DNA from: Octopus bimaculoides
Taxonomy: Eukaryota
Assembly (NCBI RefSeq): GCF_001194135.2
Contig: NC_068992.1
Span: 47,864,166 to 47,928,165, forward strand
Length of the DNA: 64,000 nt
Reading direction: 5' to 3'
Under the pieces are notes generated by a model. It saw only the letters and a list, made by a program, of their open reading frames with translations, did no database searches and was not told the origin of the DNA. The translations under genes were made by a program, and so were the position numbers. Below are positions 12,932-25,058 of this stretch, one piece after another. The first letter of the stretch is position 1. Every line of letters begins with the position of its first letter.

Positions 12932-13640
12932 CTGGCAGAATTATTGGCACATTGAAAGAAGCACTTAGCAGCATTTCTTCTGGCTCATTACATTGTGAGT
13001 TCATATTTTGCCGAGACCAACTTTGCCTCCCCTTCATTTTGTGGTTGATAAAACACAAGAGNNNNNNNNNNNNNNNNNNNNNNNNNNNNNNNNNNNNNNN
13101 NNNNNNNNNNNNNNNNNNNNNNNNNNNNNNNNNNNNNNNNNNNNNNNNNNNNNNNNNNNNNNNNNNNNNNNNNNNNNNNNNNNNNNNNNNNNNNNNNNNN
13201 NNNNNNNNNNNNNNNNNNNNNNNNNNNNNNNNNNNNNNNNNNNNNNNNNNNNNNNNNNNNNNNNNNNNNNNNNNNNNNNNNNNNNNNNNNNNNNNNNNNN
13301 NNNNNNNNNNNNNNNNNNNNNNNNNNNNNNNNNNNNNNNNNNNNNNNNNNNNNNNNNNNNNNAGAAGAAGAAGAAGAAGAAGAAGAAGAAGAAGAAGAAG
13401 AAGAAGAAGAAGAAGAAGAAGAAGAAGAAGAAGAAGAAGAAGGCGGCAGCAATGGGCTGATAGGAAACTTAGCCTGCATTTCATCCATCTTTACATTCTG
13501 AGTTCAAATGCTGCCAAGATCAACATTGCCTTTTGTTCTCTCAGGGGTTGATGGAATAAATACCAGACAAATACTTGGAGGTCAATGTGATCAACTATTC
13601 CCCTTCCTCAGAATTTTAGGCCTTGTTCCTGTAGTTGAAT
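12932..13640 (+). mobile_element. Two SINE family B pieces flanking a gap and an (AAG)n array
   Basis: 12932-13061 (head) and 13490-13640 (body and tail). Confidence 0.6.
13363..13441. repeat. (AAG)n microsatellite
   Basis: Pure array abutting a gap. Confidence 0.95.
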
Positions 13641-14220
13641 TACTCTTCGCAGCAGTAGTAACAGTAGCAGTAACAGTAGTAGTAGTAGAAGCAGCAGCAG
13701 CATCCCTGCTATCATGACTCTTTATCAATCATTTACATTATCTTTATTTTTGCTATTATTATTATAAGCATTATACTATTGTTATTATTATTATTATTTT
13801 ATGAATCTGAACATAACTTTAAACTTTGTTCTTGTATTACGCATATTTTATATTTGTGCTATTTTTTTTCTTTTCTTTTACCATATTTTTATACTTTATA
13901 ATGATATTAGTTTTAAAATTATCTATATAGTCAGACTTCTAAAATTCTGTATGCTTAAATATATATTTTGTAATAGATCTTAAGAATTCAATTACGAAAT
14001 AATTTGGTGAATTCCTCTCATCTTTGTAAGCTTTATAAATTAGTATTCATCGATATTTTATGTTGTTATGTTGTATATTTAATTTATATTCAATTGTACA
14101 AGCAAACTATTGGCTATAGTTTTAGTTGTTTTCTTCATGAATATGTCTTATAGGGTTCGATCTGTCTTTAAAGCAGAGCAATTCATTAGTATATACTACA
14201 TGTAAATAATATATATCTTT

Positions 14221-14435
14221 TATCTTTTACTAGTTTCAGTGATTTAGACTGGGGCCATGCTGGAGCACCACCTTCAAGAAATTTTTAGTTGAATGAATCG
14301 ACCCCAGTACTTTGTCTATTTTTTAAGCTTGTTACTTATTCCATCAATCGCTTTTGCCAAACTGCAAAGTTACGGGTCGTAAACACATCAACACCCTTGT
14401 CAAGTGGTGGTGGGGGGTCAAACAGAGATACAAAG

Positions 14436-14440
<5 letters not shown>
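14221..14440 (-). mobile_element. SINE family A, 3' half
   Basis: GCCATGCTGGAGCACC..AAACACATCAACAC..GTCAAG. Confidence 0.8.
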
Positions 14441-14476
<36 letters not shown>

Positions 14477-14564
14477 CATATATATATGGATTGTATGTAG
14501 AAAACAAATCCAGAGAAGAAGCACACTGAGATGTAGAGCAGTAAATATTAAAAATGGAGAATAC

Positions 14565-14629
<65 letters not shown>

Positions 14630-14644
14630 TATATATAATATATA

Positions 14645-15043
14645 GGTGTAGTCTTGGTTGTGTAGTAAAAGCTTGCTTCCTAACCATATATTGTTCCAGG
14701 TTCAGTCCCACTGATGGCACCTTGGGCAAGAGTCTTCTACCATAGTCTTGGGCTGATCAAAGCCTTGTGAGTGAATTTCAGAAACTGAAAGGAACCCATC
14801 ATAAATATATATATCCGCACGCATATGTGTGTGTGTGTGTTTGAGTCTGCATTTGTCCCCTATTACCATTTGAAAACCGATGTTGGTGTATTTATGTCTC
14901 CATAACTTATTGATTGAGCAAAAGAGACCAACAGAATAAGAACTAGGATTAAAAATAAGCCCTCGGGTCAAATTGTTTGACTAAAAACCCTTCAGGGTAG
15001 TGCTCCAGCATGGCAGCAGTCAAATGGCTGAAACAAGTAAAAG
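14645..15043 (+). mobile_element. SINE family A, full length
   Basis: Head, GGCACCTTGGGCAAG, internal TA/TG tract and GAAACAAGTAAAAG tail. Confidence 0.85.
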
Positions 15044-15243
15044 TTACAAGATATATACATGTAAATTGTTCTTGTGGCACCAACACTATGTATAAACTTA
15101 TATATCATCACCAGTTAATGTCTATGTTACAAGCTGTCATGGGTAGGATATTTGAAAGAATCTGATGAATCTATGGACTATGCTATGTAGCATTGTCTGT
15201 TTTGGCATGGTCTCTATGGTTAGATGCCCTTCAAAAACAGCAA

Positions 15244-15274
<31 letters not shown>

Positions 15275-15329
15275 TTCTGTCTTGTCAGACTTGTACTCCA
15301 CAGCAGAAATGTTAAGACCGGTGCCCCTC

Positions 15330-15620
15330 GTGGTGAGGATCACACTGCAAAAGACCTGAGGCACATAAAAGTGCCCATGCGGCAACACATAAAAGCACCC
15401 ATGTGGGGACCATGTAAAATCACCCATGTGGTGCCACATAAAAACACCCAGCACACTGCTGAGTGGTTGGCAATAGGAAGGGCATCCTGCCGTAGAAACC
15501 AACCCAAATCAGACGAGAGTCTCTGGTGCAGCTCCCCAGCCTGCCAGCTCTGGTCAACTGTCCAGCCCATGCCAGCATGGACAACAGACATTGAACAATG
15601 ATGATGATGATGATGATGAT
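15330..15620 (+). mobile_element. Family C copy with amplified ~21 bp internal module
   Basis: CACATAAAAGCACCCATG-like unit repeated about 4 times, then GGAAGGGCATCC..(GAT)n. Confidence 0.75.
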
Positions 15621-16373
15621 AAATTCACATATAATTCAACAAGTGAACCAGTGCCTACAATTTTGTCACCTATTATCTGAATGTATTTGTTAAAGGATTT
15701 AATTTGTCAGAGTCACGGAGTACACTACATTATATTGTGGTTTTATTTCATTTGTCTATTGGTAAGAACTAACACATATATATATACATATACATGTGTA
15801 TGCGTGTGAGTGTGCAAATCTATGCTATATATCATTAATATATTTAATATTTTTCTGGTTCTTTTCAAGTAATGATATTTCTGATTATATAGTGGGTGGG
15901 GGGACTTGAGTGTATTTTTTGTATACTATAATATTTTTCCAATTTGTTTCTTATGTGTACATGTGTGTGATGCATAGCTATGTGTATGTTTGGATGTGAT
16001 TATATATTCTGTATGCGTGCATGTGTGTGTGTGTATGTATGTGTGCGTGAGTAGGTATGTGTATACGTGTATCTCTTCCCTTTCTTACTCTCACCACTTT
16101 CTCTCCCACCTTTCCCCCCACCTCTCTGTCACCCGCTCGCATTTCACTTCATTTCCATGCTAGTAAAGTTACACATATGTATTTCTTAAGCATTATTTTG
16201 CAGCTGGATACCTTGTTTTGTTGCTAACCCTTACTGGTTTTTCAAAAAATGGGATCTTTTCTTCTACGCATTTCCAAGAGCACAAAGAGTGTGGAAGATG
16301 TGTCGACAATAGGAATGATAACATCATCTCTTGTAACTTACAAAGAACTACAATTATAAACAAAACACACCTC

Positions 16374-16440
<67 letters not shown>

Positions 16441-16499
16441 TTATATATTTATACATATATATATTATATACACACATATTACATACATATTCATATATA

Positions 16500-17210
16500 T
16501 ACATGGTTCAATGGGTAAAATGTCACCATATTATATTTTTAATTTCGCGCATGTGCCTTGTTTTTGATTTTGTTGACTACACAGTACGGTGGGGTCAGTT
16601 GGGCACTGTCTGTGAGAAAACCGGCACCATGACGCGATTCACTATGACAGAAATTTGGGAATGACATGCTGTACTGCTTGGCATTCATGCTAAAAGCTCC
16701 AATGCAAACATTTCAGAGTGTTAGGGTGTCAAATCTGAGGACATATAGTGAGAGTGATAAAAATCAAACATCCAGTCAACATCATGGTGTCTGGAATGAT
16801 CATTAGCAATGTTGACGTTATGCCTCCATTCATCTCCCCACACAGCCTCACACTCAATACGGAGGCCTATATCAATTGCCTGGAGGAGGTAGTGCCACCC
16901 TGGGTCAAGAGGGTGACTGCTGATAGACCCTATGTCTGGCAGCAGCACTCTGCACCATGCCATACAAGCATGAGAACCCAGTCATGGCTGTCAGACAATT
17001 TCTGTGACCACATCACTCTTAACATCTAGCTACCTAACTCCCCAGACTTCAACCCTCTTGATTATTATATGTGGGGTGCATTTGAAAGAGCGACCAACAA
17101 AACTCCTTGTAACACAAAGATGAACCGAAGACAAAGATTATGGCAGCATTCACCAACTTAAAGAAGGAGACCATCCAGAAGAGTTTCAGGAAATTCCAAA
17201 GTCATCTGTT
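16500..17210 (+). mobile_element. Internally deleted DD37D (maT-type) Tc1/mariner transposon relic
   Basis: ATG at 16629, MTRFTMTEIWE*HAVLLGIH, joined to KHPVNIMVSG..VMPP..WQQHSAPCH..WLSDNF..*LPNSPDFNPLDYYMWG. There are 37 residues between QQ[D>H] (16946) and the D of NPLD (17060). TAG replaces the expected TGG at 17027. Confidence 0.85.
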
Positions 17211-17514
17211 CCATAAACTGTAAAGCCCTCAAAAAGTGTAAGCCTTGCCAGAATTAAAATCTCATGAAGGACGAACACACAAAACGAACCTTGGTTCTTT
17301 TCCCTAATACTATATATTTATATTTTATACTGTGAAACTTAATTTAATTTTAATTTTTAATAAATTGAATTTAATTGAGCTTTTACCTGTAAATTTGCAT
17401 TTTTATCCCTAATAATATNNNNNNNNNNNNNNNNNNNNNNNNNNNNNNNNNNNNNNNNNNNNNNNNNNNNNNNNNNNNNNNNNNNNNNNNNNNNNNNNNN
17501 CACACACACACACA

Positions 17515-17671
17515 CAACGGAAGATCTTTCAGTTACCGTCTACCAAATCAACTCACAAGGCCTCAAGAGTTTGGTTGGCTCAGGAGCTATAATAGAAGAC
17601 ACTTGACCAAGGTGCCGCACTCTGGAGTGAACCCAGAAGCAAACTTCTTGCCACACAGTCATACCTGCACC
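17515..17671 (-). mobile_element. SINE family A, 5' half
   Basis: TTTCAGTTACCGTCTACCAAATCAACTCACAAGG..CAAGGTGCC. Confidence 0.7.
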
Positions 17672-17847
17672 TACAGTGACACACACACACACACACACAT
17701 GCATACATATGTACTTGTATGGTTATTATGTATAAATGCCTGATCTTTCTTACAGTAATACCTTATCTCTTTAGATTATCAGCTATAATTGCCTGTATCA
17801 ATAGACATTTCCTATATACGAGTATCTCTTCCCGTTCTTACTCTCCA

Positions 17848-18072
17848 TCATTATCATCATCGTCGTTTAACGTCCGCTTTCCATGCTAGCATGGGTTGGA
17901 CGATTTGACTGAGGACTGGTGAACTAGATGGCTACACCAGGCTCCAATCTGATTTGGCAGAGTTTCTACAACTGGATGCCCTTCCTAACGCCAACCACTC
18001 CAAGAGTGTAGTGGGTGCTTGTACATGCCACTGGCGCGAAGGCCAGTCAGGCAGTACTGGCAACGGCCATTT
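17848..18072 (-). mobile_element. Family C copy
   Basis: Near-identical to 8657-8880. Confidence 0.85.
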
Positions 18073-18441
18073 TCCATAATTCATACATGCAACTACTACA
18101 GTAGAAACCAGTGGAATTTTTTAATTCTGTCTTATATAAAGGTATCCCTTCCTTAATGATGCTTTGTTTTAAATCAACAAATTCAAATTTAATAAAATTT
18201 GAAGAGAAAGACTTAACACCTATTTAAAATCTTGTACACTGATTCTCTAAATCATTGTTTCAATTTCCTTCAACAATACCTTTTTTAAGTGATATATATA
18301 TCTTTCATCTATTGCTTTTAATCTCCATCAAAAGCTGTTTTATTAGTGACTGCAATTTCTTTTGTTTTATGTTTTACTTTTCTTTTGTCTTAGACAACTT
18401 TCGGCCAAGTTTAACTTCTTTATTAAATTTTTGTAACTTTA

Positions 18442-18498
18442 GTTATCTCTGATGAGGCAGAATAACTGAAACAAGTAACTGCTTACATATAAGATAAC
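18442..18498 (+). ncRNA. Decayed type I hammerhead ribozyme
   Basis: Helix I GTTATCT/AGATAAC (7 bp). CTGATGA at 18449-55; GAAA at 18468-71. Helix III ACAAGTAA/TTACATAT has 2 mismatches. Triplet ATA. Helix II is 2 bp. Confidence 0.6.
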
Positions 18499-18770
18499 AC
18501 AGAATAAATACAATGTACTCCATTACAGGCACTGAGTTCTTTCTTTAAATTTCTACATTCCTTCTTTGAGCAATCATGTTCACCTATCAGTCTATTTCTT
18601 TATCTCTCTATCTATCTCTCTTTCCGATTCTTTATCTAAATACTTCTCTCTTCCTATCTCGCTCTCCACACACACACACACATGTTTATATACATAGACA
18701 CATGTATACCTGTATGTTTAGATATGTGTGTGCGTGTATGCATATGCCTATGTATGTAGGTGGTATCCAT

Positions 18771-18771
18771 A

Positions 18772-18813
<42 letters not shown>
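18771..18813. repeat. (AGAT)n microsatellite
   Basis: Pure tetranucleotide array; a (TCTA)n array also lies at about 19720-19802. Confidence 0.9.
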
Positions 18814-18815
<2 letters not shown>

Positions 18816-19721
18816 CAAGATAGATATCTCATTATATAAGGGGGAAATAACCATGACAGAGAAGATAAAAGATTCTATTGTTCTACCAAGGATAAAAAGC
18901 AGGAAATCTTTCAGAATTACAAACACAATGTAATTTTGTTTTGTCTTATGTATCCTTTTTTCTTGCTTTGTTTTTTAGTATGGAAATACTTGAAGTAAAA
19001 ATACGTATGATACCGCATTATATATATATACATACNNNNNNNNNNNNNNNNNNNNNNNNNNNNNNNNNNNNNNNNNNNNNNNNNNNNNNNNNNNNNNNNN
19101 NNNNNNNNNNNNNNNNNNNNNNNNNNNNNNNNNNNNNNNNNNNNNNNNNNNNNNNNNNNNNNNNNNNNNNNNNNNNNNNNNNNNNNNNNNNNNNNNNNNN
19201 NNNNNNNNNNNNNNNNNNNNNNTATATACATATATATACACATACATGTATACATACACACACATATGCACACACACATTATATATGTGTGTGTGTGTGT
19301 GTGTGTGTATCATTAGATATTATATGATATGGAAAGAACAATATTTGCAAGCTAGTAATCTTTCAAATGGTTGTTGCTTAATAAATCAAAATATCAACCG
19401 ATTCCATGCCAACTCTATCTGTTGAAGATTTCTCTATCCCTTGCCAATCTCTTGCACGAATAAACATTAAATTGGAAAGCTATGCCTGATGATGCCTTAC
19501 AGTGAGACGGGGAATAAATTTGATATAAATGTTATATTTTGTCTATATGTTATAATTTCATATATGTAGGTTCATATTTACATTTTGTTGTTGTTGTTGT
19601 TATTGTTCTTGTTTATTGTAGTCTTCACCCACACAGATTTTCTGTAACGGAATATATATAGTTGTTTAGCCTCTTGGTCAGAATTTGATAGTATGTGTGA
19701 TGTGATGTGTGTGTGTATGTC

Positions 19722-19788
<67 letters not shown>

Positions 19789-20019
19789 GTATCTATCTAT
19801 CTGTTAACAAAAACATTCCAATGATGACCATTCCATATTTTGATTTATGTGTTATTCTTAAACATAGGTAACCAGCAATATATTTTCCCAATGTATCCAT
19901 TCTTGTATTTGAGGAAGATTCGGATGCTATTTCTAAGCAAATTTGTGTCCCACGTAATGGTTTCCTTGTCAGATCAACTGTGAATGTTTTTGGTTTTTTT
20001 TTATTATTATTGTAAGAGC

Positions 20020-20228
20020 AATGGAGCTGGCAGAATTGTTAGAACCTGGAAAAAATGCCATATTGTATTTCTTCTGGCTCTTCAAAGTCTGAGTTCAAAT
20101 CCTGCCAAAGTCAACTCTGCCATTCATCTCTCAGGGGATAATAAAATAACATATGAATCTAGTGTGAGGATTCATATTGACTGATCCTCTCCCTTCAAAA
20201 TGGCTGTTCTTGTGCCTATATTAGAAAC
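20020..20228 (+). mobile_element. SINE family B
   Basis: GAGCTGGCAGAATTGTTAG..GAGTTCAAATCCTGCC. Confidence 0.7.
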
Positions 20229-20237
20229 AATGGTTAA

Positions 20238-20405
20238 TGTTGTTGTTGTTGTTTAGTCTCAGCTCAGTCCTGATCAACCAGATGTATCATCAAAGATGTT
20301 CTAGATGTGACATTCACACCTAGAACATTATCCAATTGTGACCAAGAATGTAAGAGAGCTGTGGTTGTCATTTCTAGCAGGTTCATTGATGACATAGAGG
20401 TGGAA
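20238..20405. mobile_element. Dispersed repeat family E
   Basis: GTTGTTGTTTAG..CAGTCCTGATC..ATCAAAG..TATTTCTAGCA module. Related copies near 8232-8456, 19650-19970, 23515-23700, 25185-25382, 41262-41455 and 45590-45792, in both orientations. Confidence 0.65.
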
Positions 20406-20479
20406 GGGGTATAGTCCCTCTTTTTCAGTTATAATAACATTGCATTGATATAACTTCATTGCTTAGCACTCCCTCTCCG

Positions 20480-20553
<74 letters not shown>

Positions 20554-20635
20554 GGTGGGTATATATATATGTGTATATATATGCATTTTGACATTAATCT
20601 AGACATGTTATTTTTCTCTCCATTTTCTATCCTCA

Positions 20636-20765
20636 TTCCTTTCTATTGAAAAGCATAGGTTCGGAACATCAAAGATGTTTCCATTTTACCTGAGCATCAA
20701 ACTAATATCCCTTGTTTGTTGTTTCCTCACCTACTTCGGTCTTTTGCTTTCCGTACATTTGAATC
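20636..20765 (+). mobile_element. Family H repeat, copy 2
   Basis: TCCTTT-CTATTGA-A-AAGC-ATAG-GTTC-GGAA-CATC-AAAG plus the shared tail. Confidence 0.65.
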
Positions 20766-20879
20766 ATATATGTATACATATATATATATATGCGTGTGCA
20801 TGTGTGTGTGTGTGTGTGTGTATCTATTGTGGAATCACTTGTCATAGGCAGTAGAGAAGGGTTCTGCAATTTCTTGCTC

Positions 20880-21128
20880 AACAACCTGCACAGGTGATTT
20901 GTTTATAGCAATTAAATGTTTGTGTTGGCACATTAACTCATTCCCTCCATCAAATCAACATTACTTGTTCAGGTGCACAGTCTGCTGCATGTTAGATGTT
21001 AAAGTAGGCACTGAGCAATGCGAGATGAAGTGTTTTGCTCAAAAACACAAACCCCATGCTTGGTCTGAGAATTGAACCCATGTCTCACAATTATGAGTGT
21101 AACACACTACCACTAGACCACACACCTA
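20880..21128 (-). mobile_element. Family D-like SINE variant
   Basis: GATGAAGTGTTTTGCTCAA..GAATTGAACCC tRNA-like head on the minus strand. Confidence 0.5.
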
Positions 21129-21551
21129 AAACTATCTTCCTATNNNNNNNNNNNNNNNNNNNNNNNNNNNNNNNNNNNNNNNNNNNNNNNNNNNNNNNNN
21201 NNNNNNNNNNNNNNNNNNNNNNNNNNNNNNNNNNNNNNNNNNNNNNNNNNNNNNNNNNNNNNNNNNNNNNNNNNNNNNNNNNNNNNNNNNNNNNNNNNNN
21301 NNNNNNNNNNNNNNNNNNNNNNNNNNNNNNNNNNNNNNNNNNNNNNNNNNNNNNNNNNNNNNNNNNNNNNNNNNNNNNNNNNNNNNNNNNNNNNNNNNNN
21401 NNNNNNNNNNNNNNNNNNNNNNNNNNNNNNNNNNNNNNNNNNNNNNNNNNNNNNNNNNNNNNNNNNNNNNNNNNACTTTTTAACTCCTTTCAGCTCGAGA
21501 GCTGCAGTCATGCTGGGGCACTACCATTGAGTGTGTGTATGTGTGTGTGTG

Positions 21552-21614
<63 letters not shown>

Positions 21615-22035
21615 GCACACATGCATACAGTGGGTATGAAGATGCGTATGCAGGAATAGATAGTCACCTTGATTGGTGACAGTCAAATTCTTAAAAATCC
21701 AACTTCTTAATCAAAGTAAGGTACTCCAAAAGCAGGTAAATTCGTTGGAAGCAAAGACATTGAAGCAAATATCAAAGAAGAGAGATGAACAAACAATCAA
21801 AGGTGTATGAAATAAATTTACATCAATTTACATAATTTAATATAACTTACATAATGATACATAATTTAACATAATTTTACATGCTATAATCATGTGACAA
21901 CTCAAATTCTACACACCTATAATTGTTGATTGATTGATAGATAGTCTGACTGACTGACAGACAGTTATAGTACATCTAACATATCTTGAAGTTTGGCATA
22001 TTTGGAGAACTATATTTAGTATGCATTCATAGTAC

Positions 22036-22640
22036 TAGATCTGGTGAATCTAGACCATTAGATCTGGTATATCTAGCCCATTAGATCTGGTATATCTAGA
22101 CCATTAGATCTGGTATATCTAGACCATTAGATCTGGTATGTCTAGACCATTAGATCTGGTATATCTAGACCATTAGATCTGGTATATCTAGCCCATTAAA
22201 TCTGGTATATCTCGCCCATTAGATCTGGTATATCTAGCCCATTAGATCTGATATATCTCACACATTAGATCTGGTATATCTAGACTATTAGATTTGGTAT
22301 ATCTAGACCATTAGATCTGGTATATCTATACCATTAGGTCTGGCAGATATAGACCATTAGATCTGGTATATCTAGCCCATTAGATCTGATATATCTAACC
22401 CATTAGATCTGGTATATCTAGACTATTAGATCTGGTATATCTAGACCATTAGATCTGGTATATCTNNNNNNNNNNTATCTAGACCATTAGATCTGGTATA
22501 TCTATACCATTAGGTCTGGTGTATCAAAACCTTTAGTTATGGTAGATCTAAACCTTTACTTCTGGTTGGTCAAGACCATTAGATCTGGTATTTCTACATC
22601 ATTAGATCTGGTAGATCTAGACCATTAAATCTAGTATAGC
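22036..22640. repeat. 23 bp minisatellite, about 26 units
   Basis: Unit TTAGATCTGGTATATCTAGACCA with no spacers; 10 N inside. Confidence 0.95.
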
Positions 22641-23702
22641 CAGAGAACAATATTTGTGTATCACACCTTGTCCCTACAACAGAACTACTTATGTACTCAC
22701 AGGTTTTCAAGATAAGGGTTGGCTACAGCTACACATCAATAAAAACAATTTTATCAACAACTATAATAACAATAACAACAACATCAACAACAGTTGCAAC
22801 AACAGAGTTAAGTAAGTTTCCTAAGAATACTGCTATGAAGTGATAATATATAGACAGATAGTTTGATAGTTTGGCAGCTAACCATCAGTGTGTCGTTAAA
22901 ACTATCTTAATTTAATGATATTGCCCTCCACAAAACAAACCCCCTGTCATGCCCTTCACATTCTTAACCTCCCATAAATTATAGTCATAAACATAAACCG
23001 AAACATTTAACTCCCATAAATGCAATCCTAACAAAATTCCATAGATATTGCCGTCCATTAAATACAATATGAAATGAGATGCTGTTTGGTTTGTTTTGTT
23101 TTTAATTTATATTTATATTCTCCTGTTTTTCTTTTCTGTTATTAATTTATCGTTTGTTGCTTTTTTTTTAAAAAATTCCAACTGTATAAACATTGTCTAT
23201 ATTTCATGTCTGTGAGATATGAGACGAGACAGAAAATATTTCCATTGTGCATTTGTAATGTTGTGTAAATGCTTCATGACCCTAGAGGGTTGGGTCAACA
23301 CAGAAGGTTTTTATCTACATATGTTGTTATACTGTGGCCAACATGCTAAGTGATATTATCCACTCCACTCCTCTGACCACATCTACAGCCTGATATTGCT
23401 GTTTGCGGTGAGGAATCAGTAACTAAAATTTAAGCAATTAAACTACATACTCACAAATTTTATGGACAAAAAATCTATAGTTTTAGATGTGGGAAAAAGA
23501 TGTAATATTGTTATTTAACACCAGAACAACCATCATTGATCAGTTATGATCAAAGACACTCCAACCATGACCATTTCATGTTGTCTTTTACAGATATCTC
23601 AAACTACATTATCTAATATTGTCCTTTCTTAATAAAAATTATTGAATGCAATTTAAGTAAGATCTGGCTACTATTCCTAGCAAGTCAAGTGATCGCATAA
23701 AG

Positions 23703-23830
23703 CAGTGTTTCTCAACCCTTTTTAACCTATGGATCCCCTTAGATTCCCATTTTACTCACATGGCCCCCTCCTAAACAGTCAATGTTTTAAAAAGTCATAT
23801 ATCTTTATAATTATATATTGTTAGACATTT
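23703..23830. mobile_element. hAT (Charlie-like) MITE left end
   Basis: Starts CAGTGTTTCTCAACC; interrupted by a family A SINE; second TIR not found. Confidence 0.45.
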
Positions 23831-24198
23831 TATCTTTTACATGTTTCAGTCATCTGACTGCGACCATACTGGAGCACCAATCTGAAGATCTTTTAGTCAT
23901 ATGTATCAACCCCAGTACTTGTTACATTTTTTTTTAAAGCCTGGTACTTACTCTGTCGGTCTCTTTTGCTAAACTGCTAAATTACGGGGACATAAACACA
24001 CCAACACTGGTTGTCAAGTAAAAGTGGGGAGGACAAACACACACACACACATATATACATATATATGTTGAGCTTCTTTCGGTTTCCATCTATCAAATCC
24101 AGTCACAAGGATTTGGTCGGTCCGAGACTACAGCAGAAGACACTCGCTTAAGGTGCCACACAGTGGAACCATATGGTTGGGAAGCAAGCTTCTTACCA
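23831..24198 (-). mobile_element. SINE family A
   Basis: Both halves present around a CA/TA tract. Confidence 0.8.
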
Positions 24199-25025
24199 GA
24201 CAAGAAGAATAACCAATTTATTGCAGATAAATTTTAACAACAAATTCTTCTGGCATAAAGGCTAACACTGTAGTTGTGATATTTTAGTTTTCTTAGAGAA
24301 AAAGAGAAACTTGACTGATGTGAAAACCATTCCAGCGCTGAGTAGAAATATAAGTTACAAAATAAACACCCAACTGTAAAGAGTACCACCACACAGTAAG
24401 TAACAGGAGTATTGTATAATTGGTAAAACTGAGTTGAAAGATAATTCTGGGGGTCCTTATGGTATGGGTGGTGGTGGTGGTCATGAAAGAAATGAGGGTG
24501 TAAGGAAGTGCTGTTGGTGAAGGCTTGGATTGTAGTTGGAATGGGACTAGCTTGATCAATCAGACTAATGACTGATAGCATTCCAGCTTTGACAATCCCT
24601 TCTTTTCATGCATCAACAATTATAATGTCCAACAAGGTACATTTGTTTTAAAAACAGCAGGTAGGGTATGCTGATATGAAGGAGATTTGGTTGCTGTTTC
24701 TAGCATGTCTAGCGGCGGTGGTGGCGGCTGCTGTGGTGGCAGTGTTGGTGGTGGTGGTGGTGTTGGCTGCAGTGGTGGTGGTGGTGGTGTTGGNNNNNNN
24801 NNNNNNNNNNNNNNNNNNNNNNNNNNNNNNNNNNNNNNNNNNNNNNNNNNNNNNNNNNNNNNNNNNNNNNNNNNNNNNNNNNNNNNNNNNGAAATCCAGC
24901 CCATCCTGTTCTTGTAAGAACCATCACAGAATGGTAAGACATGTCTGACATGTAAACTAATGAAATTATTATTAGTTCCAGTTGAGTTGTTTAGCAACAG
25001 TCAACAACTCCCTAAATAACAGAAG

Positions 25026-25058
<33 letters not shown>

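Noticed and set aside
22036-22640. CRISPR-like array
   Set aside because: Contiguous units with no unique spacers, no cas genes, eukaryotic context.
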